Shown: in pieces, positions 55,330-64,000 of the stretch
Position numbering within the stretch: position 1 is the stretch's first letter
Layout: each line of letters starts with the position of its first letter
DNA from: Chrysomallon squamiferum
Lineage: Eukaryota > Animalia > Mollusca
DNA length: 64,000 nucleotides
Reading direction: 5' to 3'
NCBI GenBank assembly: GCA_012295275.1
Contig: CM022678.1
Coordinates: 8,246,001-8,310,000 of the forward strand
Notes under the pieces: model-generated
What the model was told of the DNA's origin: nothing
What the model saw: the letters and a program-made list of their open reading frames with translations, nothing else
The model's database searches: none
Program-made: the position numbers and the translations under genes

Positions 55330-56151
55330 TTAAATAGGTTTTGCTCCAGTATGGACCTTCATATGACGTTTAACACTTTCGCCTCGTGAGAAACATTTTG
55401 CACAAACCTCACATTTAAAGGGTTTCTCACCGGTATGAATCCTCACATGACGGTTTAGATGTTCAAGGCGTGAAAACCGTTTTGCACAAACTTCACACTT
55501 AAAAGATTTCTCATCAGTATGAATCTTCATATGACGTTTTACATGTTCATCATGTGAGAAACGTTTTGCACAAACCTCACATTTAAAAGGCTTCTCACGG
55601 GTATGAATCTTCATATGACGTTTTACATGTTGATCATGTGAGAACCGTTTTGCACAAATCTCACATTTAAAAGGCTTCTCACCGGTATGGATCTTCATAT
55701 GCCATTTTACATGTTCACTTTGTGAAAACCGTTTTGCACAAATCTCACACTTAAAAGGTTTCTCTCCAGTATGGATCTTCATATGACCTTTTACGTGTGC
55801 ACTTTGTGAGAAACATTTTGCACAAACCTCACATTTAAAAGGTTTCTCACCAGTATGAATCCTCATATGACATTTCAAATAATCACGTCGTGAGAAACGT
55901 TTTGCACACACCTCACATTGATAATGTTTATTTCCAGTATGAATGGTCATGTGATATTTTAAACTCGAATGCTGTCTGAAACATATTGCACAAACCTCAC
56001 ACTTAAAGGGCTTCTCACCAGTATGGATATACATATGTGCTTTCAGAGTGAAACTGTGTGACAAAAGTTTTGCACAAACTTCACATTTGTAAGGTTTCTC
56101 AAGCGTCTTGATGCTGTATGGTTCTTCATCACTGTGAGTTGCCATGTTCAT
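55330..56151 (-). CDS. C2H2 zinc-finger protein, 9 fingers
   Basis: 273-aa ORF; acceptor at 56547. Confidence 0.92.
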   Translation of the reverse strand: MNMATHSDEEPYSIKTLEKPYKCEVCAKLLSHSFTLKAHMYIHTGEKPFKCEVCAICFRQHSSLKYHMTIHTGNKHYQCEVCAKRFSRRDYLKCHMRIHTGEKPFKCEVCAKCFSQSAHVKGHMKIHTGEKPFKCEICAKRFSQSEHVKWHMKIHTGEKPFKCEICAKRFSHDQHVKRHMKIHTREKPFKCEVCAKRFSHDEHVKRHMKIHTDEKSFKCEVCAKRFSRLEHLNRHVRIHTGEKPFKCEVCAKCFSRGESVKRHMKVHTGAKPI

Positions 56152-56714
56152 TTTTATATTCTCATTTTCTGAAAATCATTTCATACAGACTTCACATTAA
56201 AACCCTTTCCCTCTGGTGTAAACTTGGTTTCAGTAGGCTAGAATGATCATAGATTAGAGGAAAATGTCCAGAAAGATTTTTATTTTTTAACGTAATGTGT
56301 CAGTGATTTAACTTTTGTTAAAGAATAAAGTCATCTTTTATTAAAATATCAGTTTGAAATTTCGAGGAAATATATTTTCTTTTCTCCATTCGGATTTTAA
56401 ATTCTTTCGCAAAAACCAGTAATTGTAAATTATGACTTCTACAAAACTCAACAATTTGTAATTTGAAGGTATTACACTTCTTGATTATATTTTAATCTCA
56501 TCCTCATCAAAAGCTGTGTCTCCGATTTTGTCTTCTTTTTCCATTTCTGAAAATATGAAATAAAACGAATAATCTAATGCAATAAAGTTATATAATAATT
56601 AAGAAGATTATCTTAAACAACAGACTGAATTTACCTGAAAATTTAATACTTTAATCTTGCAAAATCCTATGTTTATTTATGTAATATATTACAGTAAACC
56701 GATTTGCATGTTCA

Positions 56715-56825
56715 TCTCATGAAAAATATTCTGCAGAAACCTCATATTTAAAATGTTTCTGTCCAGTATGAACCTTCATCTGATCTTTTAAATAGGAACT
56801 GTATGAGAAACAACATTTTGTAATC
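56715..56825 (-). pseudogene. ZF fragment
   Basis: KCCFSYSSYLKDQMKVHTGQKHFKYEVSAEYFS. Confidence 0.7.
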
Positions 56826-56979
56826 GATTTAAATATATATATATATAGACCAATATATATGGGAAAGATCAAGCAGGAATGAAGGGACGTTTTGCTGATT
56901 TTTTCTCGTGAACTTGCACACACTGAACTATTTATCACATAAGATATTATTATTATTTATTTATTTATTAATTTGTAGA

Positions 56980-57710
56980 AAGTAAACGTAATGTTATTGC
57001 ATTTGGTCTAAGTATATAATAATATGGTATATATTTACTTCTCTCAAAAGAGACAATTTAGGATAAATACAGGATGTTTTAAAAACTAGAATTGTACAAA
57101 CAACCGTAAATCAGAATATGTTCTTCAAATTTTTGAGTACGGCAAAGAAAATTGCACTGTTTATTTTCATCTTAAACGATCTAGTAATATGTTAGATATG
57201 AAAGTTGTAATGGCATTCAGCCAGTAACAGGTGTTGTTATCAAAGAATTAACGAACATCAATTTACTTTCATTGTTAATTATTTAATACAGAAAATCTGG
57301 TGGATTTTTTCATAAGACTTGAATGAATTAATAATACTTTTTAGCTATGAAAGTTGTAAAGATAATGGATCAGTAACAGAGGTTCCTGTGAAAGACCTTA
57401 ATCATGTTGATATACATCAAGTTATTTGCACTGTGAATTACTAGTACAGAAATTGTAACTGAGGTTAAATATGTTTAATTTGTCTTAAGTAAGTCTGTAT
57501 CTTTGTAAAAATAGGAAATAATCAGTTGAACTTCAAAGTTTGTTTCCTATATTGGGAAAGAAAATGCAGAGAATTTAATTTATGAACTGACTGTCAAATA
57601 TGTTTGGCATGACATTAAAACATATATTACTGTATGGATGTGAAATATGGGGTTTTCTAACTTAGGAATAACTGAAAAAAAATTCATCTTAAGCTTTGCA
57701 AATGTAAATA
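56980..57710 (+). mobile_element. Scrambled LINE RT fragments
   Basis: ILLYGCEIWGFSNLGITEKxHLKLCK readable at ~57625-57702; VRQ relic at ~57135. Confidence 0.75.
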
Positions 57711-58659
57711 ATCATAATTATGTGTTAACATGACAACATTATGCTTTAAGTTATATGATGAATTAAAGAAATATCCACTGTATGTGTCTGTTAAAGTAAA
57801 GTACATTTTGGGCAAAGGTTGTTAATGGCAGTGCAACTAAATTCTCTGATATATTACACATGCTGTCACCATCAAATGCTATATGAAGGTTATATTTTAA
57901 TTTTACAAAATGTATTCTAGACAAATATATATAAAAAAAAACATTAACATGTAGATAAGGTACCAATATGTGGTCAAAAGAAGCTGTTAATAGAATATGA
58001 TGTGATCAGTTCTTACCAATATGGAAATTGTGAATAGTGATAAACTTGAGCGATCTAAATTGGTCGACTAGATTAGTCGAATCTACTGTTGGACGTTCGG
58101 AAACAGTTCGTGAATTTTCTTCAGCTACCAGTCTATCCATTAAAAAAGAAAATTAAATTTAAAAATACAACAATCAGATTTCATCGAATTCCCTTAAAAT
58201 ATACCTGTGAATGTTTATTAAATAATTTAATTTGTACTGGTAGTATTCAGAACATGGAATAATAGTAGTGTTTAGCCGCTATACTGGTAGAAATTAGTAT
58301 ATTGTAGGTGTAGTAGTTACTCTGTAATGTTAGTAGTTAGTATTTGTAGTTTTAGTAATACCTAGCATTTATAGTTTTAGTAGTACTTGGTATTTGTAAT
58401 GCTACTAGTAGGTAGTATTTAGTATATGTAATTGTAGTAGTAGTATTAATAATGTTAGTACTTGTAGTGTTAACAGATAGTAGTATTTGAAGTCGTAGTA
58501 ATAAAAGTGCTATCAGCACTCCTGGTGTAGCAGTAATAAAACGTTAGTTAAAATTAAAGAATAAAAATACTCAAACGAATTTTAATTCTTTTTCTCTCTC
58601 TTTAATTTGACAAATGTTAAGTTCTATATTGCAATGTGGTCAGTCTTCTTTTCAAGGTT

Positions 58660-58990
58660 TCGTACCATCTGACATTTTGGTTCACAACGTCTTGAGAAAT
58701 ATTTAACACAAACATCACGTTTGTAAGATTTCTCAACAATATGGGTCTTCATGTTTTCTCTTAAAGCATCTCCTCATGTTCTACCTTCGATCCGTGTTAG
58801 AAACATTTTCTTCAAACATCATGTTAAAAAGTGTTTTTTTTTCTCCAGTATCAACTACCAAATGTTTTTTCAGATATACACCCTGTGAAACACATTTAAA
58901 TATATCTCACTCTTTATATATTTTAGAGAATTTAATACTCTGAAACTTTCTGCACAAACTTCACATTCAGAAAGCTTTTCACCGGTTTAT
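58660..58990 (-). pseudogene. Highly decayed ZF relics
   Basis: MKTHIVEKSYKRDVCVKYFSRR and CEVCAESF-like remnants. Confidence 0.6.
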
Positions 58991-59383
58991 ATTTGTGTCC
59001 ATGACAATGTATTTGTGTCTCTCTATGTATGTGTCTACAATAGCATCTTCTTATATTTGTATGAAAACACTCATAAATTCTCAGAAAAAAAATATACCTA
59101 AGCATAAATATAAACACAAATCAGGGACATTTGTATTAATACATACGCTACTCACACCAAACCAATAGACACGTACATATATAACTACAGAGGGAAGACT
59201 GTTTCTAAATTAATATAATCTCCTCCAAATGTAAAACTAGGTGAATAAAGTTCATCAGGTAATGTCGTAGTTGGGCAATGTGGTGGTGATAGTAGTAGTA
59301 GCAACAGTTGTACTAGTGGTGGAAATGATTATATACGAAATATGAACTACTAATTCGGTATATTTAAACTACTTTTCTTAAAA

Positions 59384-60004
59384 TTATGAATCCCCATTAT
59401 GATCCTTCATGTGCATTGTTAGATGTCCACGTTGTATGAAGCATTTTGGACAAACTTCACATTTAAATGGTCTCTCTCCAGTATGGAGCTTCATATGATT
59501 TTTTAGACTCGAATTACGGGTCAAACATTTTGCGAAGGCTTCACATTTAAAAGGCCTGTCACCAGTATGGATCCTCATGTGACATTTTAAACTTCCGGAT
59601 TGTGAGAAACATCTTGCACAAACTTCACATTTAAAGGGTTTCTCTCTAGTATGGATCATCATGCGATCTTTTAGACCATTTGCTACCGTGAACCGTTTTC
59701 CACAAACATCACATATAAAACATTTCTCACCTGTGTGCATTTTCATGTGATATTTTTGATTACGTGATGATGACAAGCGTTTTTCACAAACCTCACATTT
59801 GAAAGGTCTGTTACCAGTGTGGACGTTCACGTGACTCTTTAAACTTCCACGTTGTAAGAAACATTTTGCACAAACTTCACATCTGAAAGGTTTCTCACCA
59901 GTGTGGATTTTGATACTCATATGATATTCTAGACGCGACTTGATTGGGAAGCATTTTGCACAGACTTCACATTTAAAACGTCTCTCACAAACATGGACAT
60001 TCAC
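59384..60004 (-). CDS. C2H2 zinc-finger protein, 7 fingers (two lack a Zn ligand); possibly decaying
   Basis: 206-aa ORF; finger 4 H-to-R, finger 6 C-to-F, finger 1 HX5H; family leader deleted; acceptor at 60284. Confidence 0.72.
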   Translation of the reverse strand: MNVHVCERRFKCEVCAKCFPIKSRLEYHMSIKIHTGEKPFRCEVCAKCFLQRGSLKSHVNVHTGNRPFKCEVCEKRLSSSRNQKYHMKMHTGEKCFICDVCGKRFTVANGLKDRMMIHTREKPFKCEVCARCFSQSGSLKCHMRIHTGDRPFKCEAFAKCLTRNSSLKNHMKLHTGERPFKCEVCPKCFIQRGHLTMHMKDHNGDS

Positions 60005-60108
60005 ATCTCCAGTGGAACTGTGTGGGGAAAACTTTTATGTACAAACCCACTTTTAAAATATTTCTCTTCATTTCTCTTCTGTATAAAGTTTTAATGTCAC
60101 CTTAGAGT

Positions 60109-60153
<45 letters not shown>

Positions 60154-60901
60154 TATGACTGTAATATAAAATACAGAGTGAACTGACTGTCTTAACGTGT
60201 AAAGGGCATCTTTCATTAAATTTTCTTCACGTTTGAATTTTATTTACATCAAAATTTAGAATTGTGATGCTTACATCTTATTTCTGAAAATACAAAACAA
60301 AAATAACAAGCTAAGTCAGTGGACATATAATTTGTCGTATCTTAATCAAGTGAATTATTTTATACGATACATTTTATTTAATAAAAAATTTAATAGATTA
60401 TTATACACTAAGTTTTCTTTTAATTACGGAGTAAGGCAAAAGGAAAAAGATATATTATCTGTTTTATTTGTACGAATTTGGAAGTCTGAAATCGATCTTA
60501 GGCAGACCGGTTTGTGAATTTCGTTTGTACCGACTGTGTAGATTATCCTGAAATCACATGAAGTGTATGATAACTAGTTGAACTACAGCACAACTTACTC
60601 AGTGCTGCTTATGCAAACTGAGTTTGGTGCACTTTATCAGTTTTGTTCTAAATAATAACAATGGAACTCTAGGAGATAGTTTAGTCTAAGGTTATACATG
60701 TTGGTGAGAAATTAAGTTAACTATGTCTGTTGATCACGACTAACGTTTCTGATCCTTTTGCCTAGGGGCTCCAAGCAAAATTAACTGGTGAAAGTTGCAG
60801 GAAGGTCAAGCATTAAGCACTACATTGCTAGATTGATGTTGTTTATGATGATGATTATATAAGGGCAATGTTAACACCACAGGATTAATGGTGTGATGGA
60901 A

Positions 60902-60902
<1 letters not shown>

Positions 60903-60938
<36 letters not shown>
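60903..60938. repeat. (TA)n microsatellite
   Basis: Directly visible. Confidence 0.95.
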
Positions 60939-60944
<6 letters not shown>

Positions 60945-61479
60945 GAAGATCTTGCTCCTTATGCCTCACTATTCCTCTTTTAACATGAAATTGGCACAAC
61001 TTACACCTTCCCCAATAAAGTATATGTTATATATGTGTACATATAATTTAAGCAAACTTCTATCAGAACATTCCAACATTCACAGTTGGTATCATAGTTA
61101 CTGGATACAATTTAAATAAATGAAGTTATCAAACAGCTGGGATGTCAGTTTGTTTAGATGTAAAGTCAGAAAACTGAAATGTTCTCTCATGATTTGAATT
61201 TACCAGTAATTAACTGAAATTCTGCACAGATTAAATTAAATATCTATTACTGCCTGAATTTGTTCATGTTGTTTATCATCACTATAAAAATACTAACTAC
61301 ATAACTAAAAAGATTTTCACTTTCAAACTTAAAATTCATTTTCTTAATGATCTCTCCTATTATGTTATATTTGATACCGGAATAATTGCATACAACTGCA
61401 GCCATTTGTATTATTCTAGTTTTTATACCATTATACATACTGTAGATAATTCTGAAAGAAATGCTGTTGCTATAAATAA

Positions 61480-62260
61480 ACAGAAATTATATGAGAAATT
61501 ACTGATATATTACTTTGCTAAGTTGTTTCAGAAAAGCATTTACATCTGTAATTAATAACACACTGATGATATTCTCTGATCAAACTGAATTGTTAGAAAA
61601 AAAATATCTGTGTAGTTTTTGTAAAGGTTTCTACACAACTGATAACACTGTTGTATTAATTTATTCCAGTGATGAAAGGAAATACAGAAAAAACTTGTGG
61701 TTTTATTGATTTTCAAAAAGCATTTGACATTAGATTATTATATCTGTGGGATATGTTTCAGAATTATCAACAATATGTACAATGGTATAAAAACTAGAAT
61801 TATACAAATGGCTGTAAATCAGGGGGTTTTTTGTTTTGTTTTTTTGTCAATTTTGGAATATGGCTAACAAAAGGTGTATCACATTCTTTGTTTCCAATTA
61901 CACAAAAATGATATTGTAACACTTTTAGATATAGGAAATAGTAACAGCATTCAATCACATCACTCTGTTACAGTTTTTGAGTAAGGCTTATAAATTTACA
62001 TATAATAATAAGAAAACAGAAATTACTACTGAAGCTAAATACCTTGGACTTGTCTTATGTAAAGCTCAATCCTTCATCAATACCAAGAGAGATTTAATAA
62101 ATTGGACTTCTATGTACTGTAAAAAAAAAAAAAAAAATAATAATAATAATAATAATAAAATAAATAAAAATGCAAAGAATTTAATTAGTTAACAGTCATT
62201 TTTATCTCACAAGAGTGAAAATTCTATATTAAATTATTATTACCTAAATGTGAAATCTTA
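61480..62260 (+). mobile_element. Best-preserved LINE RT core relic
   Basis: ITLLSCFRKAFTSVINN, FCKGFYTTDNTVVL, FIDFQKAFD (~61703-61729), MYNGIKTRI, EITTEAKYLGLVL in RT domain order. Confidence 0.82.
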
Positions 62261-63246
62261 ACTTTAAAAAAAAAATTATATATAACGTAATGATTACTCC
62301 CAAATTATTCAAATACACATGAAAATGAAGATCTAAGTTCTTTGATGAATTTATGGAGATTCTCACTGTCTTCAATCGATTGGAAACAGTAGTTTATAAA
62401 AATACCTTTGAACGACTATTTTTATTTATTTGTCGTCGTTTTACAGAAAATTCCTATATTGATTTTATGATACCTGATAATCGTTAGTAGCCTTTACGAC
62501 AAGAAAGAAAGGGTAACCAGTATTACGGGCTAGAAGTCACTATGGTTTATATTATAGTTACACCACGTAAACACAACTTAGCATTATATTAGCAGTAGTA
62601 TCGCCGTATGCTACAGCCATTTGGTTTCAAATCACAGCAGAATTCTGCGAGCAATTCTTACTTCAATTTACGAACAATGTCTTGATGATTGCCTGACTGG
62701 TTTTACCCTCTAAACTTTTCCAAAATTTACACGAGCGTCATGTTCTACATACAGCCTTATCTCCCCTTTGTTGGGTTTGTATTCTGTCAGTTTTCCTTCA
62801 AACTAAAGCGCGCACTCAAACAACAGTATCAGTTCAACGGACTGCTGTGACGAATCTCATACTATAAAACGAATCAGTGGAACTTTTGCCTCTGTAAAAC
62901 TAATTTTAATCGGAATCATAACGGATCAGAAAAAATGTTCGTTTCCGGCAGATCTTCATTTAACAACTGATCTAATAGAAAATAGCCTTTGAAAACTCGA
63001 AGTCCTGGAAGGGTCAAGCTATCATTTACCTTGATAACACAAAACAGTGGGTTCTTTGTTGAGTAAGCGGAACGAAATATGCCCACGTCCATCGTCTGTG
63101 TTTTTACAGTATCTTTACAAAATACAGGCTTCAAGAACTTTGCAGTTAAGTGACTAAGTTCACTGACTGATGTTTATTTTGCTTATTTAAAAGCCAGTTA
63201 AATTGTCTTTTCTTATTACTTACTATTCTTCAGTAATGTTTCCAGT

Positions 63247-63286
<40 letters not shown>

Positions 63287-64000
63287 CCAAAATTGCAGCT
63301 TATCTCAGTATTTAGAAAACCTCTGAAAGTATCTGGCTTCGCAAAAAATTGGCTTAATTGTATTTATACATTTCAGTTTTGTGTTTTATCGTTGTTACTC
63401 GCCGACAGAAAAGTACCTGATGCACGGGAGCTCGCATTGGCCACGAACTTAATTTGAAAGCTCTAATTAATTGTTACTTTCATTATCTGAATAACACATT
63501 TTTATATCAAACTGTTTTTAGCAAATTTTCTGCTCTCCTTTCAGAGCCTATTTTCAGACGACTTTAATAACCAATATAATATTCATGTGAAACAAAAATG
63601 GATCTGATAATAAATTGTAATTAATAGCAGCTCCTGCAGTGGTAACAGCAAGAGAAGTAGTAGTAGTAGTGGCAGTAGTAAAAACAGTAACATGCATTGC
63701 AGCACCAGACTGTAGCTGTGGTTTCTGGTTTTAATAGCAATTGATAGCAATTAACAGCAATATTTATAGTTCTAATACCGTAGTTAATATCTGCGTGTTT
63801 AACGGTAGTCATTAGTAACAGTGTTTGTGGTTTTAAAAGTATGGTTAAAAGCACGCAGTGTGTGTTCTGGTAGTTTTCTACTAGTTTTTGTATTTTTAAT
63901 ACATTTAATAGCAAGCAGTACGAGTAGTTGTAGAGTCATCACTTCTGAGCTATGTTTTACAGCATAATATCAAACGTCTCTTTTCTTTCTAATAACTAAT

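Noticed and set aside
56170-56185. In-frame TGA at a Cys position as selenocysteine or readthrough
   Set aside because: It is a non-ligand position in a finger that also lacks its His, paralogs have TAA or a frameshift there, and no SECIS was recognised.
58064-58080. Palindrome tcgacta-gat-tagtcga as a Helitron or DNA-transposon end
   Set aside because: Isolated 7-bp stem with no partner terminus or TSD found.

Overview
Very AT-rich eukaryotic (animal, probably invertebrate; a mollusc-like origin is only a guess) genomic DNA carrying a tandem cluster of C2H2 zinc-finger genes with no visible KRAB/BTB/ZAD domain. Seven minus-strand poly-ZF ORFs (18, 9, 11, 7, 9, 9 and 7 fingers), one inverted plus-strand ZF gene cut by the left edge, and many ZF pseudogenes and one-finger stubs lie among decayed non-LTR retrotransposon (RTE-X-like) fragments in both orientations. 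About 7.0-38.4 kb is three tandem copies of a 9-12 kb unit. Almost every ZF cassette starts at the same TTTTCAG|AAAT splice-acceptor motif, has an antisense LINE RT relic directly upstream, and usually takes its start Met from a dead finger. Only three TATA plus short first-exon plus donor modules are recognisable: one intact, one split by a 1.16 kb LINE insertion, and one holding a collapsed remnant of that LINE. This suggests, but does not show, shared leaders splicing to alternative ZF terminal exons. A 65-bp minisatellite born from LINE ORF2 is present at 1, 4 and 21 copies. All calls come from reading the sequence and the ORF track; no database searches were run, and repeat boundaries are approximate.
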